Assembly (NCBI GenBank): GCA_041660005.1
Contig: JBAZXG010000003.1
Span: 835-64,834, forward strand
Direction of reading: 5' to 3'
Length of the DNA stretch: 64,000 bases
Source: Patescibacteria group bacterium
GTDB taxonomy: Bacteria; Patescibacteriota; Patescibacteriia; GWA2-46-9
How positions within the stretch are numbered: position 1 is the first letter of the stretch; each line of letters opens with the position of its first letter. A program made the position numbers and the translations under genes. The notes under the pieces were generated by a model. The model was not told where the DNA came from and searched no databases. It saw only the letters and a program-made list of their open reading frames with translations. This document shows, piece by piece, positions 44,074 to 53,626 of the stretch.

Positions 44074-47000
44074 ATGGCCGTGCGCCAGCGTCGAGCTGTT
44101 CCTAATTCTAGAAGTAAAAAGATACATCGAGATAAATTTTCGGTGTCGTTTCGTATTCAGGCAGCTGTCCTTGGAGTAGTGATATTACTGGGCGTACTGG
44201 TAAACAACATTAAATTCGGAGAGAGCGCACAGTCAACTTTTCAGCAGACAAGCTGGACGGGTCAATCGAAGGGAACCACTGAAGTCACTACTTCCCCATG
44301 GGTTGATTTTTCAACTACTGATGCTAGTGACGCTAATATCGACAGAACGTCTGGTCTTCGGTTGAAATATACCTCCTCGTCGCAGTCGGTAACAACAAAA
44401 GCCGCCTTTGATGCTGCAAGTCCTTTGTACACCAAAACGAAATCAGTAAGCGGTTCAGGAGACGATGGCTCAGTGCAGCTTGACGGTGATGCCGCATGGG
44501 TGCCGCTAAGTACGCAGTCAAGTTTGGGCGCTCTTACTAATGGCAGTGTTCTGGCGGCCGATGGTTCGCGCTACCTTTACGCAGTCGTAGGAGGCGCAAA
44601 AACTTTATACCGTTTTGACACGACAGCAGCGTCACCCAGTTGGACGTCACTTGGTAACTATCCTTTTACCGATGTTTCAAACCAAGGAGCAGCCATGGTG
44701 TATGCAAATAATGCTTTGTATTTAAACAATGGCACTGGTAAAGGCATCTACCGCTATACCATTAACGCTAACGGTTCTGGATCGTGGAGTACGCTCGGGG
44801 CTGTGAAAGATGCTTATTATAATTTTGGCGCCGGTGGGGGACTAGTATGGAATGGCGGTAATTATATCTACCACGTAAGTGGTTATTATGCTGGCCCTTC
44901 TTTTGAAGTTTATTCAATTAGTGCGAACACCTGGACAAAACTTAGTAATTCTCCTGTGGGTGTGGCTGATGGAAGTGCTTTTGCTTATGATACGGTTTCG
45001 CAGGCGCTCTACCTCGGTATAGGCGGCACCGCTTCTATTTATCGGTTTAAACCTGTAAATCCGAATAGTCCCGCCTTGAGTGATAGTTGGCAGCAGACGG
45101 TTTACGCAAGCCTACCAGTCACGCTAGGTCTCGGGTCTTTATTTATATCCGGACCGTCTGGGTCAATTTATGCACTGACCGGCGGATCAGCAGGAAACTT
45201 TCTTAAAAGTGCTTCCAATGGGTCGTCGTGGGCAACAATTGTTCCTGCGCTTGGCGCTATGGCAAAGGGTGCTGGCGGAATCTATATAGCGAACAGTGGT
45301 CGATTTTATGCCTTTAGGGGCGGAGCTGCGGAATTAGATACCTGGAAGGCAATGCCTATAGCGCCGGCATTCGGTACCTACGAATCTGGTGCGATAGACT
45401 TTAGTGCAGCGCGACGGTTCACGAGCGTTCAGTTGGATAGCGATATTCCGTCCGGTACTTCAATGACGCTCGAGGTGCAAGCGCGACAGACTGCTACGAG
45501 TGCCTGGAGTGCTTGGTCACCCATTACAATCACGAGTAACAGTGGTTCACTCAGCGCCAGCGATTATCAGGGAGTTCAGTACCTGAAGTTTCGCATAACG
45601 TTAAGAACAAATAGCTCTACTGTGACACCGAAACTGCGCGGTATTACATTTAGCTACGCTAACTATGCTACGAGTACCTACCTTGATTCGTCACCCTATA
45701 AAATGGGTACTACTGCTCAAGGTCCCGCCATTGTACAGCTCAAGTGGAGAGAAATTATCCCCGCAGCGTCAAACACTACGGTGAGATTACAGTTAAGGAC
45801 CAGGAGTACAAAAGATTTTACCGATGGGGTGAGTGGTGATAAATGGTATGGTTCTGGAAACACCGAAGGAGAGGTATTTACGGCGAGTAATAGTGGATGC
45901 ACGAGAACACCGGTGAGTGGAAATGAATATGAAGTAAGCTGTAATGTGAATGCTACGAGTCCGCTTAATAATTCCAGTACGTCGTACGTTCAGTATAGAG
46001 TTAAATTAGATTCACCTGATGCAAACGCAACTCCAACCGTAACCAGCGTATCCGTTGTTTATGATATCAATGCTTCGCCTGTTGTCAGTAATGTTACTGT
46101 CGTCGGACAGGATGCATCTGGTCTTGCGACATTTACCTATAAAGTCATTGACAACGATGCAGCGGATTCGAATTTTGCTGTTGGGCTCTATTATGATCTT
46201 GGTATTCGTTTGCCCTCAAGTATTGGCAGCGGCGTTGGTTCAATCACTGTCTCTGTTCCTGGCACTGCACAGCTTTCCGCATTGCTACCCCCCGATGGAG
46301 TACTGCTCATTGAGAACGAGCAGATTCTGTATCGTACGATTTCCGGAAATCAGTTCGTCATAGATACAGCGTCTGATCGTGGTGCTTTCCAAACAATTGC
46401 AACAGCGCACAACCCCGGGGGAACACCATTGACGGTCTGGATTCGAGCTACTGATTCTGAAGTTGGTAATAAGTTCAATGTCCAATCGTATGTAAATGGT
46501 GACGTAGGTAGTAGTGTCAGCTGCACGAGCAAATTCACTCCTTGTTCAAAAACGATTACTTGGCGCCCGGCTTTGGATCTTACCGCCAAGGTTTATTTGT
46601 CTGGTCAAAATATTAAAGTTGCTGCTAATGACAAGCATGCAGTTAATAGCGTTGGCGGCGCAGCTTTGGTGTCGCCAGCAACGTTTACGCTGGACACTAT
46701 AGCTCCACAGCTCTCAGCTACGCCAATGAGAATTGTCGGTAGTGCGGTTGCTGGGACAACAACGGGGTTAAAATCATCTACAAAAAGTGTTGCCTTAGCG
46801 ATCGAGTCTCCAAACGTGACTGGTGACAATCCATTGTCTAGCACAAAGTATTCAGTGTGTGACGAAGTGACTGGAAGCGGGACGTGCGGCACATTTTCAG
46901 TGGATGCATCTGGAGGAGTACCATCCGGATGGTTAGCGTTGAGTTCGTTTAGCAACTTAACTTCATGTCCTGCATTATCTCCAACGCTTCCACCTTTAGG

Positions 47001-50000
47001 TAGTGGTGTTAGCTGTTCTTCATTTGTGCTTGCTGGTGCAGGAGAGCGCACTGTTCAATTCGCTGCAGTGGACAACGTTGGTAATAGTAAGCGTGGAAGT
47101 GCGGACATCATTGTTGATCAAACGCCGCCGGTAACACCAGCCAACTTTTCTGCACAGGATGCTTCGAACCAGACAGTTGGAGCTCTCGTTTACCTGCGAT
47201 GGGATGCGCTTACTCCAGCGAGCGTTACCGACGCATCAGGAAACGGAGATTTTGCTCAGTACCTTATTTATAGAAACAATAGGGCAGACGCTAGTTCAGG
47301 GTGCAGTTCCTCAGCAACAACTTTTTGTTTGCTGACAAAGGTAACGAATATCGTGACCGGAACTTTTGCCGATTCAGACGTGGCTGCTGCAACGAGCTAT
47401 CAGTATAAAATTATTGCTGAAGACAATATTGGGAACGATTCGTCAACGCTTAGTAGTGCAACACCGACTTCAGCCGTAACACCGACGCCTGCCGGACAGG
47501 CCGTCGCGCCGACCCCACAAATAACCAATGTCGTTCTTGGTACGCCTGATACAAGTTCAGTCAAGGTTAGTTGGGATACAACAAATTCTGTTAGCGACGC
47601 ATCCGTTATTTACGCTGGTACAGCAAGCGCACCTGTTAGTTTTTCCGGTTATCCCTCTCAGGGTGACCCTACGGTTACCGATACGCATACGGTTACTCTT
47701 GTTGGACTGTCGGCCGATACAACCTATTATTTACAGCTTCGTTCTGTTGCACCCGGAAACGATACACCGGGGACCTATCCAGGCGCCGGACAGCCGGACT
47801 TAATGTTTAAAACAAAACCATTACCGCTCGTAGAGCGCCCAACCATTACTCCGGGATCTCCCTTGGTGTCACCAAATGAGACAAGTGCGGTGTTCAAGTG
47901 GACGACCGGAAGTAGCGAGTCAGCTTCTGATTCTTTTGTTGAATACGGCTTGAATTCGGCCCTTGGTTCTTACTATGGGACTCGGGCAACAGGTGTGGTT
48001 CACGACGTAATTGTTCCCGCGTTAACATCGGCAACAAAATATTTCTTCCGTGTGCGCTCAGCTATTCCGGGTGGCGGCGAAAAAGCGTACCCGACAACTG
48101 CACCGGATCCAGAAATGACGCCGCTTGATTTTACGACACTGCAACCGACGAACGATACAACCGCTCCAGAGCCGACCAATATACAGGTTCCTTCTCAGTC
48201 AGTTAGCGATACAACCGCAATTGTCACTTGGCACACCTTGGAACCGGCGGTGCCTTTTGTTGAATTTTGGCGAGTAGACGATCCAACAACGCACCGGGTA
48301 CTACCGTCGACTCCCGGGGACGAAACATCCAGTGCTAGTATTCTTTTGTCCAGTCTTGATCCAGATACAGAGTATCAGTTCATTGCCATTTCAAGAGATG
48401 CTGCGGGTAATTCTGGCAGGTCCGCGGTTCAGCCGTCATTCAGAACCAGCAAAGATCCACGCTATACTTCTGATCCAGTCATTACGACGATTCACAACGA
48501 TCCTGCAGGTGTCTCTACCGTTACTATCTACTTCAACACTGACCAGGCGACCACTGCCGTTGTTCGTTACTCTTCAGATACTGATCCAACACCATACTCT
48601 CGGTCGCAAAGTTTTCCGTCGTTTGTTGAGGGGGAGCATGCAGTCACACTTCTTGGATTAACTTCAGGGACACCGTACGTTTATAAGGTTGAGACAACGA
48701 ACCCAAGCGGTGGCAATGCTTCTAGTAGCAACTGTAGCGGTGTAAGTGACAGCTGTAGTTTTGCGACTAACATAGCACAAGGTGAGCTGCCGGACATCAT
48801 TGTTCCGTCTATCAGAGTAACGAAAGATGCGGACAAGGCAAATCTTGTCACTATCTCGTGGGAAACAAGTCAGGCGGGAAATTCGCTTGTTGAGTTTGGT
48901 CAAGACGCCGTTGACGGAGTGCCGCAATACGGCAGAACGTTTGGGTTTGTGCGCGACAGCGCCACTATTCACTCTGTTACCTTGCCGAATGACCTACTAG
49001 AGGGTCAAACTTATTACTTCCGTCTACGGACCGAGGATAGAGCTGGCCAGTTAGCAGTATTTCCAGTGACTGCCGATCTCACTGATACGTCATGTAATAA
49101 CCCAAATCCTGCCGCTAGTACTTGTAAAAACCCGACGTTTAGCACAGTCGACACTGGACTTGTCCAGATCGGTGAAAAAATTAGTCCGCCAGTCATTACC
49201 GGAGTTGCCCCGCTACTTGTCACAAATACGAAAGTCGTTATTGGATGGACAACGGATAAACCAGCGACTTCTGAAGTCTTTCTTGGCACTTCAACACTTT
49301 TTGCATCAGACCCAACAGCGTCAGACGACACACTGACAACAGTGCACGCAGTAACCATTGACGGCTTGCAGTCAAGTACGCCATATTATTTCGCTATCGC
49401 TTCAGTTGATAGAAATAAACAACGGCAATCGGATGACAATAAGGGAGAGGCGTACACTTTTACAACAAATGCGGGGACTAAAATTGGCGATAATCAGGGT
49501 CAACAAGGGGTACAGGGTGTTGTGAAAACAGATCTTTTGCCACCGGTGATCTCGGGTATTAGCGTTACTGGTATTACAGATTTTGGAGCCACTATAACCT
49601 GGGTAACCAATGAACATGCGACATCGCTCGTGCAATATGGCGAAGATACTACCTACGGTTCAATTTTTGGGGATTCAGCGAATCTGACTTCTGAGCATTC
49701 TGTAACGTTGGTCGGCCTTACTGGCGGCACACAATATCATTTCTCGATTATCGCCTATGACGGAGACGGGAACCGCGCATTTAGTTCTGACGATACTTTT
49801 ACAACAACCGGGGAGCCGGGCAAAAAAGAGGAGACCGATACAGAGAAAACCGACAAAAATAAAACTGACAAAGAGCAGAATACAGAAAAAACCAATGATA
49901 CTGAAAATGCAGACACATTGACGGCTATTGAAAAAACGATTCGTGAGCTGAGCCAGGATAAGCAATTGTCATTGCAAAAAATTATCGAACTACTAAAAGA

Positions 50001-51030
50001 CTTTGACGAAACAGATGCCTCGAAGATTCTTGACACCGTCGGTCTACAAATGGTTGCACCACCGCAATTTGTTGGTGGTGCTCCTCGGGTAACGGTAACC
50101 ACTGATTCCGCGACCATTCACTGGACGACAGATAAACCGTCGGACAGTCGTATCGCTTTTGCTAGCGATCTCGATTATGCGCCAACGGCAAGTGATCCCT
50201 ATGGAATAGAAATAGGGGACACTGAAACATATATAAGGGACCATGAAATCGTCATTTCAAATTTAACGCCCAATACGGTCTATCATTATCAGGTGCGTTC
50301 TCGGGAGCGTGTCGGTAGATCAGCGCGTTCCATCGATAGGACTTTTAAAACATTAGCGCTGCAACCGGAAATCAAAAAATTAGCAGTAGGTAAAGTGACA
50401 GAGAATAGTATTACCTTAACCTGGCGAACAAATGTTCCTGTCAAATCAGTAATTAGTTATACAAATAAAACCACCAAAGAAGAACTTTCTCAGGGGAATC
50501 CTCAGTTTTTAACCTTACACAGTTTCGAATTGAAGAATTTGAACGGGGACACTCTCTATACTATGCGGGTTGTTGTTGAAGATGAATCTGGTTTAACGTC
50601 TACGTCGGAGGTAATAAGTGCAAGAACCACCAAGGATGAAAAGCCTCCCGTCATTGATCAAGTACGAACCGAGGTGAGCTTGGCAGGCGAAGAGGGAAGT
50701 TTTGCGCAAGCTATTGTTTCATGGAAAACCGACGAACCATCTGCATCGCAGATTGCCTTCGAAGAAGGGATTACAAAATCGGATACACTCGCCAATAGTA
50801 CGGAGTTACTGTCGGAGCTTTCTTTAAGCCATGTCATGGTACTGGGTAAGTTGCGCCCGGCGACAGTCTATCGTTTCCGGGTTCTTGGTAGCGACTCGTC
50901 TGGTAATAAAGCTGCGTCGCGTGACTACACTTTACTAACACCTCAAAGGAAGCAGTCGGTTTTGGGAATCATCATTAATAATTTTGAGCAGACCTTTGGG
51001 TTCTTGCGTTTCCTTGGGTGGTCGCCGTAA
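44074..51030 (+). CDS. Giant cell-surface protein (2318 aa): signal anchor, Kelch-like beta-propeller, about 10 PAP_N/FN3-like repeats, K/E/T-rich acidic linker, C-terminal hydrophobic segment
   Basis: Single uninterrupted 6.96-kb ORF. The N-terminal TM is VLGVVILLGVLV. Six Kelch-like blades each contain Y-x-[YA]-x-[GR]-G (YLYAVVGG, YIYHVSGY, LYLGIGG, IYALTGG, FYAFRGG). The repeat signature V-x-[IV]-x-W-x-T-x3-[AS]-x-S-x-V-x-[YF]-G recurs about 10 times. Low-complexity linker ...KKEETDTEKTDKNKTDKEQNTEKTND.... The 3' end overlaps the following ABC ATPase gene by 13 nt. Confidence 0.85.
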   Translation: MAVRQRRAVPNSRSKKIHRDKFSVSFRIQAAVLGVVILLGVLVNNIKFGESAQSTFQQTSWTGQSKGTTEVTTSPWVDFSTTDASDANIDRTSGLRLKYTSSSQSVTTKAAFDAASPLYTKTKSVSGSGDDGSVQLDGDAAWVPLSTQSSLGALTNGSVLAADGSRYLYAVVGGAKTLYRFDTTAASPSWTSLGNYPFTDVSNQGAAMVYANNALYLNNGTGKGIYRYTINANGSGSWSTLGAVKDAYYNFGAGGGLVWNGGNYIYHVSGYYAGPSFEVYSISANTWTKLSNSPVGVADGSAFAYDTVSQALYLGIGGTASIYRFKPVNPNSPALSDSWQQTVYASLPVTLGLGSLFISGPSGSIYALTGGSAGNFLKSASNGSSWATIVPALGAMAKGAGGIYIANSGRFYAFRGGAAELDTWKAMPIAPAFGTYESGAIDFSAARRFTSVQLDSDIPSGTSMTLEVQARQTATSAWSAWSPITITSNSGSLSASDYQGVQYLKFRITLRTNSSTVTPKLRGITFSYANYATSTYLDSSPYKMGTTAQGPAIVQLKWREIIPAASNTTVRLQLRTRSTKDFTDGVSGDKWYGSGNTEGEVFTASNSGCTRTPVSGNEYEVSCNVNATSPLNNSSTSYVQYRVKLDSPDANATPTVTSVSVVYDINASPVVSNVTVVGQDASGLATFTYKVIDNDAADSNFAVGLYYDLGIRLPSSIGSGVGSITVSVPGTAQLSALLPPDGVLLIENEQILYRTISGNQFVIDTASDRGAFQTIATAHNPGGTPLTVWIRATDSEVGNKFNVQSYVNGDVGSSVSCTSKFTPCSKTITWRPALDLTAKVYLSGQNIKVAANDKHAVNSVGGAALVSPATFTLDTIAPQLSATPMRIVGSAVAGTTTGLKSSTKSVALAIESPNVTGDNPLSSTKYSVCDEVTGSGTCGTFSVDASGGVPSGWLALSSFSNLTSCPALSPTLPPLGSGVSCSSFVLAGAGERTVQFAAVDNVGNSKRGSADIIVDQTPPVTPANFSAQDASNQTVGALVYLRWDALTPASVTDASGNGDFAQYLIYRNNRADASSGCSSSATTFCLLTKVTNIVTGTFADSDVAAATSYQYKIIAEDNIGNDSSTLSSATPTSAVTPTPAGQAVAPTPQITNVVLGTPDTSSVKVSWDTTNSVSDASVIYAGTASAPVSFSGYPSQGDPTVTDTHTVTLVGLSADTTYYLQLRSVAPGNDTPGTYPGAGQPDLMFKTKPLPLVERPTITPGSPLVSPNETSAVFKWTTGSSESASDSFVEYGLNSALGSYYGTRATGVVHDVIVPALTSATKYFFRVRSAIPGGGEKAYPTTAPDPEMTPLDFTTLQPTNDTTAPEPTNIQVPSQSVSDTTAIVTWHTLEPAVPFVEFWRVDDPTTHRVLPSTPGDETSSASILLSSLDPDTEYQFIAISRDAAGNSGRSAVQPSFRTSKDPRYTSDPVITTIHNDPAGVSTVTIYFNTDQATTAVVRYSSDTDPTPYSRSQSFPSFVEGEHAVTLLGLTSGTPYVYKVETTNPSGGNASSSNCSGVSDSCSFATNIAQGELPDIIVPSIRVTKDADKANLVTISWETSQAGNSLVEFGQDAVDGVPQYGRTFGFVRDSATIHSVTLPNDLLEGQTYYFRLRTEDRAGQLAVFPVTADLTDTSCNNPNPAASTCKNPTFSTVDTGLVQIGEKISPPVITGVAPLLVTNTKVVIGWTTDKPATSEVFLGTSTLFASDPTASDDTLTTVHAVTIDGLQSSTPYYFAIASVDRNKQRQSDDNKGEAYTFTTNAGTKIGDNQGQQGVQGVVKTDLLPPVISGISVTGITDFGATITWVTNEHATSLVQYGEDTTYGSIFGDSANLTSEHSVTLVGLTGGTQYHFSIIAYDGDGNRAFSSDDTFTTTGEPGKKEETDTEKTDKNKTDKEQNTEKTNDTENADTLTAIEKTIRELSQDKQLSLQKIIELLKDFDETDASKILDTVGLQMVAPPQFVGGAPRVTVTTDSATIHWTTDKPSDSRIAFASDLDYAPTASDPYGIEIGDTETYIRDHEIVISNLTPNTVYHYQVRSRERVGRSARSIDRTFKTLALQPEIKKLAVGKVTENSITLTWRTNVPVKSVISYTNKTTKEELSQGNPQFLTLHSFELKNLNGDTLYTMRVVVEDESGLTSTSEVISARTTKDEKPPVIDQVRTEVSLAGEEGSFAQAIVSWKTDEPSASQIAFEEGITKSDTLANSTELLSELSLSHVMVLGKLRPATVYRFRVLGSDSSGNKAASRDYTLLTPQRKQSVLGIIINNFEQTFGFLRFLGWSP

Positions 51031-52391
51031 TTATGCGAGAGTCGATTATTAAAATCACTGATGTTTGCGTTACTTATAATCAGGGTAAGCTCGGGGAAAC
51101 GAACGCACTGAAAAGTGTTAGTTTAGAAATATTTCCCGAGGAGTATGTGATTTTTTTTGGGCCGTCTGGTTGCGGAAAGTCGACACTGCTTTACACGATG
51201 GCAGGTCTTGAAACGCCGAACAGCGGAGTAGTTAATGTTGCGGGCAAAGATTTAGCGAAGTTGCCAGCGCGTGAGCTTGTTCAATACCACCGGACAAAAT
51301 TGGGCATGATTTTTCAGGCGTTCTATTTAATTCCGTCACTTAGCGTGCTTGACAATGTAGTACTGCCGCAGATGTTTATTCGAAAAGCACCGCATGAACG
51401 TAAAGAACATGCTATGCAGGTGCTGAAAAGGTTTGGCATTGATCAGTTTGCCGACCATTTACCAACCGAACTTTCTGGCGGACAGCAACAACGCGTGGCC
51501 ATCTGCAGGGCGGTAATGAATAACCCCGATATTGTTTTTGCTGATGAGCCAGTAGGAAATCTTGATTCTGTGGCTTCTGAGAAAGTTATGGAACTTCTTT
51601 ATGAACTAAACTCAAAAGATAAAAAAACTGTCGTTCTGGTTACCCACGACTCTCGTTATTTGCGTTTTGCTCATAGAATAATCTACCTGAGGGATGGCGA
51701 GATAGTGCGCGAGGTAACCAATACAGAACGTTTACAGCTGCGTGAGGAGAAAATTAAGCCTTTTGTGCCACACGCGCTTGAAGAGTTTGCTCGGTACTAT
51801 CCAAACCTTGGTGAGTCTGAGCTTAAGGCAAAATTTTTAAGTCATTATTTGCTCGACCTAGCGGAAGAACGTCTGCAGGAGCGATTAGAAACACTTGTTC
51901 ACAAGCGCACCGTTGGTGAAGTTACCCGAGAACAATTTATTTCCCGAGCCAATACGCCATTTATTGAAGGCGGCGTCGGCCTCTATGAGCAAACTGCCGA
52001 GCATATTGCTGACAATCTTGATGCGGTTTTGGAGGAGTCGCGCTTTATTAGGGAGCATTTTAAGAACTTTCCTGAAAGTTATGAACTTTTGCAGCAGGGA
52101 ATTGCTCGCCTCAAGGCTCGTCTTTTGGAGCATTACCACGGCCATTTGACTCAAGAACAAAGCGATCGACTTGATCAAAGTATTAAAGCTCGGCTTGAAG
52201 GGTCTTTAGACCATCGACAGCTGAAAGATGTTCTTGATCGTCCTTTTAAGGATGGCGGTGTCGGGCTTCATTATCAAACTGCTCAAGATTTTGGTAGACG
52301 CCTTGAGGTTTACTTGATTGATTACAGTACTGAGGCGCCTAAAGTGACGGATGTCGTTCAGGAGACGGCATTGCAAGGTAAAATTCTATGA
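51018..52391 (+). CDS. ABC transporter ATP-binding protein (MacB/LolD/FtsE-like) fused to a roughly 220-aa C-terminal extension with internal repeats
   Basis: Residues 1-230 carry Walker A GPSGCGKST, the Q-loop, signature LSGGQQQRVAICRA, Walker B IVFADEP and H-loop VTHD. The C-terminal half is non-ABC and contains the repeated motif PF[IK](E/D)GGVGL(Y/H)(E/Y)QTA(E/Q) at two positions. Confidence 0.8.
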   Translation: MVAVIMRESIIKITDVCVTYNQGKLGETNALKSVSLEIFPEEYVIFFGPSGCGKSTLLYTMAGLETPNSGVVNVAGKDLAKLPARELVQYHRTKLGMIFQAFYLIPSLSVLDNVVLPQMFIRKAPHERKEHAMQVLKRFGIDQFADHLPTELSGGQQQRVAICRAVMNNPDIVFADEPVGNLDSVASEKVMELLYELNSKDKKTVVLVTHDSRYLRFAHRIIYLRDGEIVREVTNTERLQLREEKIKPFVPHALEEFARYYPNLGESELKAKFLSHYLLDLAEERLQERLETLVHKRTVGEVTREQFISRANTPFIEGGVGLYEQTAEHIADNLDAVLEESRFIREHFKNFPESYELLQQGIARLKARLLEHYHGHLTQEQSDRLDQSIKARLEGSLDHRQLKDVLDRPFKDGGVGLHYQTAQDFGRRLEVYLIDYSTEAPKVTDVVQETALQGKIL

Positions 52392-53608
52392 TGCGACCCC
52401 TTGATCTTCTCCAACTTTCAACGCGTATGTTTAAAACGCGACCCATGCGCACCTGGCTGACGATCCTTGGTGTTGGCGTAGGCATTGCGGCAACGTTTTT
52501 TCTCGTCAGTCTTGGGTATGGCTTGCAGACATTACTATTTAATCAAATAACTACTTCAGAGTCTCTCTTGAGTCTTGATGTCTACCCACCCGACTCCAAT
52601 ATCGTTCCATTGAATGATGCACTACTGCGAACAATAGAAGAGATGCCATCAGTTAACGAAGTCAGTCCCGTGGCGAACCTCCCGGCTCAGATAACACTGA
52701 ATGGTTTTACTGGAGATACTCTTGCCCAAATTGTTACTCCATCGTTCTTTAAGCTTGATGGTCTCAAGACACAATATGGTTCATTTTTCACTGCATCGGA
52801 CACTAAACAGGTCGTGGTAAGTTCAACGGTTTTGAAACTTTTGAATATTGAACCCGCTGAGATTATAGGAAAATCCCTTGATATTACTTTCTTTTTGCCA
52901 CCCGTGCCGGCAGCCGATCATAGTGTTTCAACGCCCGGGCAAGCTGAAGTGAACGTTCAGCAGCAGCGGACGCTGACGGTTGTCGGCGTAATTCAAGATG
53001 ACCTTTCAAGCCAAATTTATCTTTCCTATGATTCGCTACCTGAATTTCGTCCGTCAGTATACACGCAGGCAAAGGTTAGAGTTGCCTCAACCGATGTTCT
53101 CGATGATGTTCGCCAGAAAATTAAGGAGAACGGTTTAACCGTTGTTGCATTGTCGGACACCATTGCTGAGGCGACAAAAATATTTAAAGCTATTCAAATA
53201 ATTTTAGCTCTTTTTGGTATCGTGGCTCTGGTAGTGGCTGCCATCGGTATGTTCAATACGGTTACGATTGCACTACTGGAAAGAACTCAAGAGATTGGTA
53301 TTATGCGTTCGATTGGCGCAGCGCGGGCAGATATGATGGTAATGTTTTTAACGGAGTCTGCCTTAATGGGTTTCTTTGGAGGTGTGACTGGCCTCATCAT
53401 GGGATACGTTGGTGGAGAAGTTTTCAATTGGCTGCTGAATATTTTAGCCACACGCCTCGGTAGTCCTCCTTTGCAGCTTTTCGTTCGTCCATTGTGGTTT
53501 ATTTTGACCATTGCGGTGTCCTCCGCATTTATCGGATTGTGCACAGGTATTTTGCCGGCACGACGAGCTGCCAAGCTTAATACTCTGGAAGCGCTGCGCT
53601 ACAAGTAG
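52388..53608 (+). CDS. ABC transporter permease, FtsX/MacB-like (4 TM with a large periplasmic domain)
   Basis: 406 aa. An N-terminal TM, a periplasmic domain of about 200 aa, and a C-terminal FtsX 3-TM bundle. Overlaps the ATPase gene by 4 nt. Confidence 0.8.
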   Translation: MMRPLDLLQLSTRMFKTRPMRTWLTILGVGVGIAATFFLVSLGYGLQTLLFNQITTSESLLSLDVYPPDSNIVPLNDALLRTIEEMPSVNEVSPVANLPAQITLNGFTGDTLAQIVTPSFFKLDGLKTQYGSFFTASDTKQVVVSSTVLKLLNIEPAEIIGKSLDITFFLPPVPAADHSVSTPGQAEVNVQQQRTLTVVGVIQDDLSSQIYLSYDSLPEFRPSVYTQAKVRVASTDVLDDVRQKIKENGLTVVALSDTIAEATKIFKAIQIILALFGIVALVVAAIGMFNTVTIALLERTQEIGIMRSIGAARADMMVMFLTESALMGFFGGVTGLIMGYVGGEVFNWLLNILATRLGSPPLQLFVRPLWFILTIAVSSAFIGLCTGILPARRAAKLNTLEALRYK

Positions 53609-53626
53609 AAATTCAATAATTGAACT

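Noticed and set aside
44333-50244. Numerous 60-150-aa ORFs on both strands inside the giant protein gene
   Set aside because: All are nested within a single uninterrupted 6.96-kb reading frame with clear repeat-domain structure. They are alternate-frame noise.
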